Assembly: GCA_017541665.1 (NCBI GenBank)
Contig: JAFXYP010000069.1
Span: 27,945 to 91,944, forward strand
DNA from: Lentisphaeria bacterium
GTDB lineage: Bacteria > Verrucomicrobiota > Lentisphaeria > Victivallales > UBA1829
Length of the DNA: 64,000 bases
Direction: 5' to 3'
Shown here one piece after another: positions 20,817 through 31,482 of the stretch. Positions within the stretch are counted from its first letter, which is position 1. The number at the start of each line of letters is the position of its first letter. The position numbers were made by a program, and so were the translations under genes. The notes under the pieces were generated by a model, which did no database searches, was not told the origin of the DNA, and worked only from the letters and a program-made list of their open reading frames with translations.

Positions 20817-21659
20817 TCACACGTTTTGTTCTTTGGGAAGCATGGACCCCATTAACCGGAAATCGAACTCTTCTTCGCACAGCCTGGACACTTTCCGGAA
20901 GGTCGTCTTCAGGTTGACATAGCTTTTGAACCTGCGGAACAGAGACATTTTGAGATGGGGATGCCCCGGATCGATTTCGCGGGGATGGATGTATACGACG
21001 AAGGGCCGATTGTCCTTTTTGAGCTGCCGGATTCCCCACTTGATGATCGGGTAGGGGTACAGCCTCAAATAGCCGCCTCCGACCATGTTGATCCTGTGCC
21101 CGAAGACGGTGACCATGGATTGCGGGATCTCCAGCAGGTCGCCATGCTGCGTGTGGATCGTATGGATGTCCAGCGGGGCGGATTTCATGCCGCCGTGGGT
21201 CCTGGGACCGGGGAAACAGCTGGAATCATACAGATAACCCGCTTTCCGGATCTCCTCGAAGACCCAGGGGGAATCCTGCGTCGTGCTGAATCCGGCCGCC
21301 CGGAATCCCAGAACAGGTTTCTGAATGATATTTTCCAGGATATCCTTCGTTTTTCCGATATCTTCCCGGAACTGCTCTTTCGAGCTCTTGTATGCCAGGA
21401 TATGGGCATACCCGTGCGAGGCGATCTCGTGGCCTTCCTCCGCGCATCTTCGCACCAGGTCCGGGTATTTCTCGGCGAAATACCCCAGCCAGAAACACGT
21501 CGCCCTGATGTTGTACTTTCGCAGAAGGTCGAGGAGGCGTTCCATGTTCGGAACAAGTCTGTCGGCCTGTTCTCCCCATTTTTCCACGGGGATTTCTCCG
21601 GGAACGTCAAGGATGTTGAACCATTCTTCAACATCGATTGTCATAAAACAGGTTTGCAT
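20817..21659 (-). CDS. Polysaccharide deacetylase (CE4, DUF3473-type C-terminus)
   Basis: TIDVEEWF, HEIASHGYAH, GFRA, YDSS, GGGYLR, YIHPREID. Confidence 0.88.
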   Translation of the reverse strand: MQTCFMTIDVEEWFNILDVPGEIPVEKWGEQADRLVPNMERLLDLLRKYNIRATCFWLGYFAEKYPDLVRRCAEEGHEIASHGYAHILAYKSSKEQFREDIGKTKDILENIIQKPVLGFRAAGFSTTQDSPWVFEEIRKAGYLYDSSCFPGPRTHGGMKSAPLDIHTIHTQHGDLLEIPQSMVTVFGHRINMVGGGYLRLYPYPIIKWGIRQLKKDNRPFVVYIHPREIDPGHPHLKMSLFRRFKSYVNLKTTFRKVSRLCEEEFDFRLMGSMLPKEQNV

Positions 21660-21663
21660 TTTA

Positions 21664-22611
21664 TTATCTCACGTCAAAGTCTGACAGGTTAATTCTCCAG
21701 TTGTATAGTTTTCTGCACAATTCCGGCAGTTCGTGTCCGTTCATGCCGCATGCGACCAGATGCAGTCTCCTCGGCAGATATCTGCGAAGGGGACGGATGA
21801 TTCTGCCGAACGGGAGTCTGCTGCTCGGATAGGCAATCATGGCCGCCTGATTCTTCACTTCGATCGCGACCGTCAGGAACGCTTCGTAGAAGTTTTTCTC
21901 GGAAAGCGGATTGATGTCGATGATATAGGCGACAGGCCCGAACGATTCCTGGTACAGAGTGTAAACCGCGGTCCCGTTTTTCAGTTTTACGAAATGATGT
22001 CTTTTGTCGTACCGACCTTTGCGGAACAGTTCGGTGTCATTTTTCGAGATCGGATAAGCGACCTCTTTTGAGGAGGAAAACACCTTGCAGAGATACAGGA
22101 AGAGGATGATGAAGAACCGGAGGAAATTCAGAATGGATAATCCTTTTTTCAGCTTGCCGAGCGCGAATGGAACAAGATAGATGTCAAGAACACCGATCCT
22201 TTTCCATTCCAGAACGTTAATGCAGTACTCATAAAAATTGTCGTTGGGGAACCCGTACACGATACTGCATCCGTCCTCGGCTGCGAGCTTTTCCGTTTCG
22301 GCCGCCATGTCTGCCACACCGAAGGGACCGAGTTTTGCCTCCGGGATGACGATCGTGTCGACGCTCAGGCCGAACAGGACTTTTTCTCCGTTGATGAAAT
22401 ATTCGTATGGAACGATGCAGAACGACGCCAGGATGCGATCATCCTTTTTGTAGATACAATGGTACGAATAACCTTTGCATGTATTGGTGAATTCCTGCTC
22501 GAAATGCTCGAGAGTTTTTTCGATATGGTAGCCTTCCTGAAACAGGGCGCAAATACCCTGCTTCTCACTTTGGGAAAGCTGAGCGGTCGTGCAGGTCTTG
22601 AATCCGTCCAT
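21664..22611 (-). CDS. GNAT-family acyltransferase
   Basis: LSVDTIV-P, YGFPN motifs; lies in an acyl-modification gene block. Confidence 0.6.
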   Translation of the reverse strand: MDGFKTCTTAQLSQSEKQGICALFQEGYHIEKTLEHFEQEFTNTCKGYSYHCIYKKDDRILASFCIVPYEYFINGEKVLFGLSVDTIVIPEAKLGPFGVADMAAETEKLAAEDGCSIVYGFPNDNFYEYCINVLEWKRIGVLDIYLVPFALGKLKKGLSILNFLRFFIILFLYLCKVFSSSKEVAYPISKNDTELFRKGRYDKRHHFVKLKNGTAVYTLYQESFGPVAYIIDINPLSEKNFYEAFLTVAIEVKNQAAMIAYPSSRLPFGRIIRPLRRYLPRRLHLVACGMNGHELPELCRKLYNWRINLSDFDVR

Positions 22612-22628
22612 TGTCGTAAACTTACATG

Positions 22629-23375
22629 TTAAATGGCCGTGTATCCGCCGTCAACGGGCAGGAGAGTGCCGGTTATGAATTTTGATGCCGGGCTAAGCAG
22701 GAAGGCGACGGCGTTTGCAACGTCTTCCGGGGCTCCGAACCCGAGCGGCTGTTTCTTTTTCAGTTGTTCGATCTCGTCCTCATTCAGGACCGACGTCATT
22801 TCCTTCAGCATGTCCGTGTCGATGTTGGACGGCATGATGGAGTTGACCCGGAATCCTTTGTCCGCGAGCTCGACTGCCAGGGAGCGGATCGACGCGTTCA
22901 GGGCGCCTTTGGTCCCGGCGTATGCGGACAACCCCTGCCACCCGGAGCAGGCCGCAACGGAGGAGATCGCGACGATGCTTCCGCCGTCGCTGGCGGTTTT
23001 CCGGATGAAATGCCGGACCAGCAGCATGAACGAAAAATAGTTGACGGTGAAGATGTCCAGCAGTTCCGCCGTTGCGATCATTTTGACCGGGACGACGGGG
23101 GCGATCCCGGCGGCATGGACGAGTCCGGTCAGTTTGAGGCCGTCTTCGCAGGCTTTTTTCAGGATCGCCGGAACGCATTCGTCCGGGTTCCGCAGATCCG
23201 CGGAGATGGCGATGTGGCCGTCCCCGGGGAGCGAATCGCGGACTTCGTCAAGCCGTTCCCGGTTTCTTGCCACGAGGACGACTTTCGCTCCCTCGGATGC
23301 GCACCGGCGGGCGCAGGCTTCCCCGATTCCCCGGGATGCGCCCGTTATCAGAACCTTTTGTCCGGCGAGGATCAT
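22629..23375 (-). CDS. FabG-like short-chain dehydrogenase/reductase
   Basis: TGASRGIG, HAAG, YAGTK, RVNSI-P, ITG--LPVDGG. Confidence 0.88.
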   Translation of the reverse strand: MILAGQKVLITGASRGIGEACARRCASEGAKVVLVARNRERLDEVRDSLPGDGHIAISADLRNPDECVPAILKKACEDGLKLTGLVHAAGIAPVVPVKMIATAELLDIFTVNYFSFMLLVRHFIRKTASDGGSIVAISSVAACSGWQGLSAYAGTKGALNASIRSLAVELADKGFRVNSIMPSNIDTDMLKEMTSVLNEDEIEQLKKKQPLGFGAPEDVANAVAFLLSPASKFITGTLLPVDGGYTAI

Positions 23376-23587
23376 TTCATTTCCTCAAGAATGTCGTTGA
23401 TCGTGGAGAACCCGCGGATCTTTGCGGCGGGAAGCTTGATGTCGAGTTCGGACTTGAACAATGCGATCAGTCCGAGCATGTTCATGGAGTCCCACTGAAG
23501 CTCGGACAGCTTCTTGTCCGGGGTGATTTCCGACGCATCGACTTCAAACAGTTCGGCGAGCAGTTCGATCTTCTTTTCGTTTGTCAT
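23372..23587 (-). CDS. Acyl carrier protein
   Basis: 71-aa acidic protein with WDS phosphopantetheine site between FabH- and FabG-like genes. Confidence 0.85.
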   Translation of the reverse strand: MTNEKKIELLAELFEVDASEITPDKKLSELQWDSMNMLGLIALFKSELDIKLPAAKIRGFSTINDILEEMK

Positions 23588-23605
23588 ATTGTTTGCCTTT
23601 CCGAG

Positions 23606-24607
23606 TTAAGAAAGCGTTAAGACTGTGGCTCCGTACGAATACCCGACTCCGAATCCGGCGATCAGAACCTTGTCCCCCTTGTGGATCAGGCCGGAATCGA
23701 GCGCGTCCCGGATGGCGACCGGGATCGTCGATGATACCGTATTCCCCGTATTCTTCATGTTCAGATAGAACTTTTCCGCCGGGATCCGGCACATCTTCCG
23801 CAGGAAATTGAGGATATAGGAGTTTGCCTGATGCAAGATGAAAAGGTCGATGTCCTCTTTTTCGAGGCGATTCTTCTCCAGCGCCTGCTTTATCAGGGGC
23901 GGCACAGCTTCGATCGTGAAATTGAAGATTTCGGGCCCATCCATATAGAGTTCGTTATCCGTATAAATGTTCCCCGATCCGTATTCTTTTTCTTCCGCAT
24001 TTTCCGTGCCGTGGCGCAGGCCGCCGTTTCGGATGATCAGGTTTCCCGCCCCGGATCCGTCCGTCCCCAGCACGAATTCCCCGATTCCGCCGGTATCTTC
24101 CCGGTTCAGGAACGTCGCCGTGGCGGCATCGCCGAAAATGGAGCGGTTGCCCTTGTCTTTCGGGTGGATCCTTCTGGTGTATGCTTCCGCCGTGATGAGC
24201 AGGACTCCGTTTGCGATCCCGCTTTTCAGGAGCCCTTTGGCGAGGGACAGTCCGTAAACGTAGCCGGAGCAGCCCAGGTTGTAATCCAATGCCCCGATCG
24301 AGGTCGGAAGCCCCAGCCTGTTCTGCAGGATGGAGGAATTGCCCGGCAGGATGTGGTCGGGATTCTGCGTGCAGAAAAGAAGATAATCGACGGAATCTTT
24401 AAGCTCGGGATTCTTTTGGAAAAGCGCGCGGCACGCCTGTTCCGCCATGTCGAGCGGCGTCTCGTCTCCCGATGCGACGTGCCGGGACACGATCCCGACT
24501 TTCTGTTCGATCTTGTCCGCGGTCCATTCCGGGAATTCCGATTCGAGGTCGGAATTGCTCAGGCATTTTTCAGGGAAATATGTCGCAAAGATCATGGCAT
24601 GCCTCAA
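23606..24607 (-). CDS. 3-oxoacyl-ACP synthase III (FabH-like)
   Basis: NLGCSGYVYGL, FGDAA, M-GPEIF, HQAN, GNTVSSTIP, GFGVG. Confidence 0.9.
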   Translation of the reverse strand: MRHAMIFATYFPEKCLSNSDLESEFPEWTADKIEQKVGIVSRHVASGDETPLDMAEQACRALFQKNPELKDSVDYLLFCTQNPDHILPGNSSILQNRLGLPTSIGALDYNLGCSGYVYGLSLAKGLLKSGIANGVLLITAEAYTRRIHPKDKGNRSIFGDAATATFLNREDTGGIGEFVLGTDGSGAGNLIIRNGGLRHGTENAEEKEYGSGNIYTDNELYMDGPEIFNFTIEAVPPLIKQALEKNRLEKEDIDLFILHQANSYILNFLRKMCRIPAEKFYLNMKNTGNTVSSTIPVAIRDALDSGLIHKGDKVLIAGFGVGYSYGATVLTLS

Positions 24608-25818
24608 TCGTTAGTCGTTTCTTCGATCAGCTTGATCCAGCGCGTCACGACGACCTCGCGGGAGAATTCCCCGTGATAGGCGTCCAGCGCGTTCGTCTGG
24701 GTCTTCCGGGCGAAATCGGGGTCGTCGAACATCTTTTTCACGAACTGGAACGGCTTCTCGTATTCGTTCTTTCTGAGCAGGGCGCCGACCTGATACTGTT
24801 CGATCCACCGGCCGATGCAGGATTCCGGGCTGACCGCGGCGAGAACGGGGCGTCCGACGCCCAGCGCCGCAAAGAATTTCGAGGGGACCGCGCATCCGGT
24901 CGCCCGGTCTTCGAACGAGAGCAGGTGGACATCGGCCGCCGACAGCCTCCGGCGCAGTTCCGTTTCATCGCAGTAGTTCAGGAAAACGACATAGTCGGTG
25001 CAGTCGTGGTACTGCTGTTTCAGCTGATCGGCGAAATGGCCGAATCCCGCGATGCACAGGGCGACATCCAGGCCGCGTTCCCGGCAATAGCGGACGAATT
25101 CGATGAAAACGTCCAGATCCCGTCCGAATGTGATGCTCCCGGAGAAAATGAGGAAAAACTTGTGTTTCCCGAAGACTTTTTCCTTTTCTTCGAGGCTGAC
25201 CGGCCTCAGTTCCTTTTCCTCGACCAGCGCCCACGGCGTCATGGTCTCGTTCCTGACGGACGTGTAGGCCTGGAGCCGTTTCCGCATGCAGACCCCTAAA
25301 TCCACCACGGCATCCGCCCGGTTCAGCGCTCTGGAAACGAACGGCCGCATCAGGTGGAAGAGCTTCCCGATCGCGCCGCCCAGGGTGATGATCGCGTCCG
25401 GGTACAGGTCGAAGCACCAGTAGAGGATCTTCATGTTTTTTTGCGTTTTTTTGAAGAACGGAAAGAGGAAGTAGGAAAAGACGGGATGGGAGCAGACGAT
25501 CGCGGCATCGAACTGTTTCTGTTCCCGGCGGAATTGCGCGCGGATCCTTTTTTGCAGACAATAGGACTGGATGAAGCGGGCAACGAACTTTTTTGTGACC
25601 TTCGGAATCGGGAATCTGACGATATGAATGCCGTCTTTTTCTTCCGTCAATTCCGGGATCTCGTCTTCCGAGATATGGCATCTGTTCGACGTATAGACCG
25701 TGACGTCGTATCCGTTTTTCACCAGGTCCTGCGCGAGCTCGAAGTACAGTTTGCTCGCGATGACGGCGGCCGGATAAAAATACTGGGTCAGCAGCAGGAT
25801 GTTTTTCTTTTCGTTCAT
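24604..25818 (-). CDS. Glycosyltransferase family 4 (WbuB/WcaI-like)
   Basis: LTQYFYP, DLYPD, VPSKFF-AL--GRPV. Confidence 0.85.
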   Translation of the reverse strand: MNEKKNILLLTQYFYPAAVIASKLYFELAQDLVKNGYDVTVYTSNRCHISEDEIPELTEEKDGIHIVRFPIPKVTKKFVARFIQSYCLQKRIRAQFRREQKQFDAAIVCSHPVFSYFLFPFFKKTQKNMKILYWCFDLYPDAIITLGGAIGKLFHLMRPFVSRALNRADAVVDLGVCMRKRLQAYTSVRNETMTPWALVEEKELRPVSLEEKEKVFGKHKFFLIFSGSITFGRDLDVFIEFVRYCRERGLDVALCIAGFGHFADQLKQQYHDCTDYVVFLNYCDETELRRRLSAADVHLLSFEDRATGCAVPSKFFAALGVGRPVLAAVSPESCIGRWIEQYQVGALLRKNEYEKPFQFVKKMFDDPDFARKTQTNALDAYHGEFSREVVVTRWIKLIEETTND

Positions 25819-25847
25819 TGTTTCAACTGTCTTTTTATGCCGGGGAT

Positions 25848-26780
25848 TCAGGCGATCATGCCTGCGAATTCCGCTATGGTCTTTCTGATCCCTTCATCGA
25901 GCGTGATCTGCGGCGCCCAGCCGAGCGCGCGGGCACGGGAAGAATCCATCAGCTTGCGGTACATCCCGTCCGGTTTCGAGGCATCCCAGCCGATCTTCCC
26001 CCTGAATCCCGCCGCGGCCGCGATCTTTTCGGCGAGCTCTTTGATCGAGATGTCGGAGCCGTAGCCGATGTTGATGACTTCCGGTTCGCTGCGGTTCTGC
26101 ATGAAGTAGTAGACGGCGTTCGCCACGTCGTCGACATGGAGGAATTCGCGGAGCGGCTTGCCCGTGCCCCAGAGGACTTCCTCCGGCCGGTTGTCTTTTG
26201 CCGCCTCGACGAAACGCCGGACCAGCGTCGGGAAGACATGCCCGTTCACGAGGTCGTAGTTGTCGTTTGTGCCGTAGAGGTTGCACGGCATGAGGCTGAT
26301 CGTGTTCCAGCCGTACTGCCGGCTGAGGTAAAGGCAGAGCTTGTAGCCGGAGATCTTCGCGAGCGCGTAGCCTTCGTTGGTCGGTTCCAGCGGCCCGGTC
26401 AGGAGGTATTCCTCCTTGATCGGCTGCGGCGCCCGGCACGGATAGATGCAGCTGGAGCCGAGGAAGCAGAACTTTTTGACGTCGTGCAGGAAACTCTGCA
26501 TGATCACGTTGTTCTGGATTTCGAGGTTTTCCAGCAGGAATTCGGCGCAATGCGTCTTGTTCGCCATGATCCCGCCGACTTTCGCGCCGGCGAGGATCAC
26601 GTAATCGGGCCGTTCCGCGTCGAAAAACGCCTTGACGGCCTGCTGATTGCGGAGATCGAGCTCGGCATGCGTCCGTTTCAGGATGTTCGCATAGCCTTCC
26701 CGTTCGAACTTGCGGACGCAGGCGCTGCCGACCATGCCCCGATGGCCGCAGATGAAGATCTTTGCGTTTTTGTCGATCAT
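25848..26780 (-). CDS. fcl: GDP-L-fucose synthase
   Basis: GHRGMVGSA, AKVGGIMAN, LGSSCIYP, LEPTNEGYALAKI, WGTG-PLREFLHVDD, KPDG. Confidence 0.95.
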   Translation of the reverse strand: MIDKNAKIFICGHRGMVGSACVRKFEREGYANILKRTHAELDLRNQQAVKAFFDAERPDYVILAGAKVGGIMANKTHCAEFLLENLEIQNNVIMQSFLHDVKKFCFLGSSCIYPCRAPQPIKEEYLLTGPLEPTNEGYALAKISGYKLCLYLSRQYGWNTISLMPCNLYGTNDNYDLVNGHVFPTLVRRFVEAAKDNRPEEVLWGTGKPLREFLHVDDVANAVYYFMQNRSEPEVINIGYGSDISIKELAEKIAAAAGFRGKIGWDASKPDGMYRKLMDSSRARALGWAPQITLDEGIRKTIAEFAGMIA

Positions 26781-26792
26781 GATTCGATACTT

Positions 26793-27845
26793 TCAAAAAC
26801 CGATTTCGTAGTTCGGCTTGTCGAGCAGCCGGATGTCGCCCTCGATCATGAGCCTGACGAGTTCTTCGAATTTGACTTCCGGCTCCCAACCGAGGACGCG
26901 TTTCGCCTTCGACGGGTCGCCGAGCAGCTGGTCCACCTCGGACGGGCGGAAATAGCGGGGGTCGATCTTCACGACGACTTTATTGGAATCCCTGTCGATC
27001 CCGACCTCGTCGACGCCCTTGCCCTTCCAGACGATGGTATGGCCGAGATATCCGAACGACTTTTCGATGAACTCGCGGACGGAGTGCATTTCGCCGGTCG
27101 CGACCACGTAATCGTCGGGCTGTTCCTGCTGGAGCATCAGCCACATCACCTTCACGAAGTCTTTTGCATAGCCCCAGTCGCGCATGGCGTCGAGGTTGCC
27201 CATGTACAGGCAGTCCTGCATGCCGCGGTGAATGCGCGCCGCGGCCATCGTGATCTTCCTCGTGACGAAGGTCTCGCCGCGGCGGGGCGATTCGTGGTTG
27301 AACAGGATACCGTTGCTGGCATGGAGTCCGTAGGCTTCGCGGTAGTTTTTCGTGATCCAGAATCCGTACTGTTTCGCGACGCCGTACGGGCTGCGCGGAT
27401 AGAACGGAGTCGTCTCGGACTGGGGGACCTCCTGGACTTTTCCGAAGAGCTCGGATGTCGACGCCTGATAGAAACGCGTCCTGACTCTCGTGTCCTTGAT
27501 CGCATCCAGCAGGCGGAGGACGCCCAGCGCGTCCGTGTCGGCGGTGTATTCCGGCGCTTCGAAGCTGACCTGGACATGGCTCTGCGCGCCGAGATTGTAG
27601 ATCTCCTCCGGCTGGTACTTTTCGATGATCCGCGCGATGTTCGTGCCGTCGGTCAGGTCGCCGTAATGGAGAAACAACCGGACATTGTCCAGGTGCGGAT
27701 CGTTGTAGAGATGGTCGATTCGTTTTGTATTGAAAGTGCTCGCACGGCGGATGATGCCGTGGACTTCATAACCTTTTTCGAGAAGGAGTTCGGCCAAATA
27801 GGAACCGTCCTGTCCGGTAATCCCGGTGATGATTGCACGTTTCAT
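26793..27845 (-). CDS. gmd: GDP-mannose 4,6-dehydratase
   Basis: [49 protein letters not shown]. Confidence 0.96.
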   Translation of the reverse strand: MKRAIITGITGQDGSYLAELLLEKGYEVHGIIRRASTFNTKRIDHLYNDPHLDNVRLFLHYGDLTDGTNIARIIEKYQPEEIYNLGAQSHVQVSFEAPEYTADTDALGVLRLLDAIKDTRVRTRFYQASTSELFGKVQEVPQSETTPFYPRSPYGVAKQYGFWITKNYREAYGLHASNGILFNHESPRRGETFVTRKITMAAARIHRGMQDCLYMGNLDAMRDWGYAKDFVKVMWLMLQQEQPDDYVVATGEMHSVREFIEKSFGYLGHTIVWKGKGVDEVGIDRDSNKVVVKIDPRYFRPSEVDQLLGDPSKAKRVLGWEPEVKFEELVRLMIEGDIRLLDKPNYEIGF

Positions 27846-27867
27846 GTCAGTCTCTTGTATTTGAGGG

Positions 27868-29019
27868 TTAATTGTCCAAATGGCACGGCACGACTTTGAT
27901 CGCATTGGGGATCGGCTTCTTTGCGATCAGGGTCATGTAACCGCCTCCCCCTGCGCCCGAAAGCTTCCATCCGCATGCCTGGCCGCGATATTTCCCGATG
28001 GCTTCCTGCACGTCCGGAGTCGACATCGCGGGATACATTTCCAGCTGGGCTTCGAAGCATTCGGTCATGGATTTCCCGAAAATGTCCGCGTCATGCGCTT
28101 TGATCGCCGCCCAGCAGCGTTCCGTGGCGTCCGCAAGTTTTTTCGCGCTTGCGCGGTTGATATTGGTCTTGTCAAGCACGTCGTAGTCCTGTTTGCGCTG
28201 CGGCAGCTGGATCAGATAGAGATGCTCCGCGACGAAATTCAGCGTCTCGTCGTCCGTGACGCTTTCGATGGAAACGGGCCAGAATCCGTTGTCGTAGTTG
28301 AGCTTGTTCAAGCCCGGCAGAAGGATCCCGAGCTGGTCCTGCGACCCGCTGACGGCTTTCGTGCCCGGGGGGTTCTCGATGCAGAAGATCAGTTTCGCAA
28401 GCTCTTCGCGGTTGCCCGCCGGTATCTGCGTCTGCCAGAGTTCCACCGCTTTCTTCCGCGAACTCGTCGCCATGCCGCTTTTGTCGTTGAACTCGATCGT
28501 CGGTTCGATCGACATGACGATGACGGAGCCCGGAACGAGCGAATTCACGCTCGGCTGGTCCAGCCACCCGCCGCACAGTTCCACGCGGTACGGGATGCGG
28601 CATTCCTGCCGGAGCGCGGTCGTGGACCTGGCGGGCATCCCCTTGCCGGGGATGCGCCTGCTGACGATGAGCTCGATGCCGAGTTCCCTGCAGAACGCCT
28701 CTTTCGCAGGCGTGTACCCGTCGGAATTGACGAAGAAGATGTCGGGTTTCAGCGCCCGGACCTCCCGCTCGAAATCCATGATCCCGCTGCCGGAGTTGAT
28801 CCACGCTTCCTTCACATGGCGGATCGATTTCACCATGTAAAGGCGTTCCTGCTCGCTGTTGATCGTCCTGCGTCCCTTGAGCTCGAATACCGTCCGGTCC
28901 GACCCGAGCCCGACATAAAGGTCGCCGTAGGATGCCGCTTCCTCGAAGAAAGCCACATGCCCGCTGTGGAGCATGTCGTAGCAGCCGGAGACGAAAACGA
29001 TTTTATTTCTGGTTGACAT
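27868..29019 (-). CDS. Fused cytidylyltransferase-like (HxGH) and GHMP-kinase-like protein
   Basis: N-terminal [11 protein letters not shown]; C-terminal [33 protein letters not shown]. Confidence 0.8.
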   Translation of the reverse strand: MSTRNKIVFVSGCYDMLHSGHVAFFEEAASYGDLYVGLGSDRTVFELKGRRTINSEQERLYMVKSIRHVKEAWINSGSGIMDFEREVRALKPDIFFVNSDGYTPAKEAFCRELGIELIVSRRIPGKGMPARSTTALRQECRIPYRVELCGGWLDQPSVNSLVPGSVIVMSIEPTIEFNDKSGMATSSRKKAVELWQTQIPAGNREELAKLIFCIENPPGTKAVSGSQDQLGILLPGLNKLNYDNGFWPVSIESVTDDETLNFVAEHLYLIQLPQRKQDYDVLDKTNINRASAKKLADATERCWAAIKAHDADIFGKSMTECFEAQLEMYPAMSTPDVQEAIGKYRGQACGWKLSGAGGGGYMTLIAKKPIPNAIKVVPCHLDN

Positions 29020-29060
29020 GGTTCAGTGGAGAGAGAATAACAGCATAAATTCAGGTCGCA

Positions 29061-30179
29061 TCATGAATACCTGTTGTAAAGATCCAGGTAGGATTGAGAC
29101 ATCTTCTGCGCGGTGTAATGGGCGCATACCAGATCGCGGGCGGATTCCCGGTTCAATGTTATGCTCCCGTTGACGATTTTTTCGAAAATGGAAGAGAGCT
29201 CAGCCGTGTCGTTCAGGGAAAAGAATGCGGAGGAGAACCGAGATTCCTCTGTTTCCTTCAGAATGCTGTGCGAAGGGATGGTTGAAAGGATCACCGGGGT
29301 CCCGCATGCCATTGCCTCCAGGACCGAACAGGAAAAACCTTCCAGGCGGGAAGCCGAAATGAAGTAGTCCGCGGACTGCAAATACGGGCGGACATCTTCG
29401 CAGAAGCCGCGAAATTCTATGATTCCTTTTTGATTGTATTGCCGGAAGAGCTCGAACTGGTCTCCTTTTCCGAGCACGATGAGATGGATCCTGTCGCCGA
29501 ATCCCTGCAGTGCCTTCAGGAGAAAGGAAAAGTTCTTCTGTCTGGTGATCCTGGACGATGCGATGAGATGGATCTTTCCCGGAGCCCAGTCCAGCTTTGA
29601 GATTAAGTCGTTGCGTTCGGATTCGGATGCAGGTTTGAAAAAGGCGACGTCGATACCGTTGGTGATATGGGTCAAATGATCCGGCCGAATATAAGAGCCG
29701 AGCCTTTTCTCAATATACGAGGCGCATCCGACGATACATGCCATAAACCGAAGCGACAGCAGCAGGACAAGAATGAAAAACCAGGAAAACGGAAACGGCA
29801 GAAGAAATCTGTATTCACAAAAAGGGTCGCTGTGGGCCGTGTGGATCGAGGTGTATTTGCCGGAAAACAGCGCGTTGTAGGCGCAGCTTCGGAGACAGTG
29901 CGAATGCAGGATCGTTACCGGATTGTCAAGGAGTATCTTTTTGAGCTTGCGATATCCGGACAGGAGATTGAATGTGCTCAGCCTGGCATGGATCACCCGG
30001 ACGCCGAGGTCGAGAAAATCCCGTTCGCGCGATTTTTCTTCGGGTATGTCCTTCAAGGTTATGATGATGAGGTTCCCTCGGTCGCATTCGAGGTGGCGTA
30101 TGATCCCGTAGAGGATGTTCACCGGCCCGGATTTGTCAAGCGCGGAGATCAGATATGCGACTTTGGGCGGATTGGACAT
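29061..30179 (-). CDS. Glycosyltransferase family 4
   Basis: ILHSH, NGID, KN, S--EGF---VLEAMACGTPVI. Confidence 0.88.
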   Translation of the reverse strand: MSNPPKVAYLISALDKSGPVNILYGIIRHLECDRGNLIIITLKDIPEEKSRERDFLDLGVRVIHARLSTFNLLSGYRKLKKILLDNPVTILHSHCLRSCAYNALFSGKYTSIHTAHSDPFCEYRFLLPFPFSWFFILVLLLSLRFMACIVGCASYIEKRLGSYIRPDHLTHITNGIDVAFFKPASESERNDLISKLDWAPGKIHLIASSRITRQKNFSFLLKALQGFGDRIHLIVLGKGDQFELFRQYNQKGIIEFRGFCEDVRPYLQSADYFISASRLEGFSCSVLEAMACGTPVILSTIPSHSILKETEESRFSSAFFSLNDTAELSSIFEKIVNGSITLNRESARDLVCAHYTAQKMSQSYLDLYNRYS

Positions 30180-30212
30180 GATAAGAACGGGCGGGGAAAA
30201 ACGAGGCGGACC

Positions 30213-31433
30213 TCAGGCGTGACGATGCGGTTGAAACTGCGTATTGATGTAATCCATGTATTCTTTTTCGAAATGCTTCTGGTCCTGGTCCCTGACCGAC
30301 TCGACGCATCTGGCTTTGAACGTTTCTTTCTGACTTGCGACACGGCGGATGAAATCGCACAAGGCCGGTATTTCGTCCTTTCGCGGCGTGACGTCCGACA
30401 GGATGAAACCGTTGTAATCGTGCCGGACGACGGATTCGATGTCGCCCGAATACCTCGTGCCGATGACGGGGATCCCAAGAGCCAGCGACTCCCGGATCTT
30501 GGTCGGGGACGAGACCTGGTTCAACGGCCTGTCGTCGCGCAGCAGGAACGACACATCGACATGGGAGAAATAGGTCTGCACTTCCGATTTGCCCAGGCTC
30601 TTTATGAAATAATTGTCAGTGCCGATCCTGTCCAGTCTTTCCCGATAGGGGTTCGGATCGTGCGGCGTGAACAAGGCGAAGAAGATTCTTTTGTCAATCT
30701 TTCCAAGTTCGATTACGATATCGAGGATCCTGTCGACGTTCTGCCACGGTTGAAGCCCGCCCAGATAGCTCAGGACGATCCTGTCCCGAATCCGGCTCCT
30801 GAATTCCGGGCATTCCCCCGAAACCGGCCGGCTTTCCTCGGCGACGCACGGGAAGATCACATTGTTTCCGAGGTCGACTCCGGTCTGCTTGAGAATCAGC
30901 TCCTGCATTTTCGCGGAGACGAAAACGGCGTGGTCGCACTTTGCCGCAGTCTTCCTTATGACGTCCAGGACCGTTTTGTACTTCCAGGATGATGGACCGA
31001 GGGTCGGATCGACGCAGAGCGTTTCATCCAGGATGTCTCCATGGTAGTCGACCAGGACCGGGGTGCCGTTCCCGTTTCCGGCAAGATATCCTCCCGCGGT
31101 CGTTTCCGCCTGGATGTACGCAAACCTGTTTTTCCGGCAAAGGCTGCTGATTGCCGCCCGGAAAAGGAGCCGGGTGATCCTGTGAAACAACGCATTTCGG
31201 AACAAACCGAAGAAGGGAAGGATCGTCCAGGAATACTTCTGATCGAAAACTTCTTTATGTTTGATTGCCTTTCGATAGATGGAAGCATGCACTCCGGCGA
31301 TCGCATAGACCTCGAACCCGTTTCTCGAAGCGATCTCCATGAACATGAGCATTCTTTTTTTCGCCCCTTCGTCCTTGAACGGATCATAGTACGGAAGGAC
31401 GAACAGAACTTTGTTGACGGGATCGTTATTCAC
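30213..31433 (-). CDS. Glycosyltransferase (GT-B, GT4-like)
   Basis: DYHG, YLGGLQPWQ, SSPTKI-ESLALG-PVI. Confidence 0.8.
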   Translation of the reverse strand: MNNDPVNKVLFVLPYYDPFKDEGAKKRMLMFMEIASRNGFEVYAIAGVHASIYRKAIKHKEVFDQKYSWTILPFFGLFRNALFHRITRLLFRAAISSLCRKNRFAYIQAETTAGGYLAGNGNGTPVLVDYHGDILDETLCVDPTLGPSSWKYKTVLDVIRKTAAKCDHAVFVSAKMQELILKQTGVDLGNNVIFPCVAEESRPVSGECPEFRSRIRDRIVLSYLGGLQPWQNVDRILDIVIELGKIDKRIFFALFTPHDPNPYRERLDRIGTDNYFIKSLGKSEVQTYFSHVDVSFLLRDDRPLNQVSSPTKIRESLALGIPVIGTRYSGDIESVVRHDYNGFILSDVTPRKDEIPALCDFIRRVASQKETFKARCVESVRDQDQKHFEKEYMDYINTQFQPHRHA

Positions 31434-31482
31434 GGCTTGATCTGTATTCCGCTGATTTCTTGTTGCAACCGCGAGGAAATCT

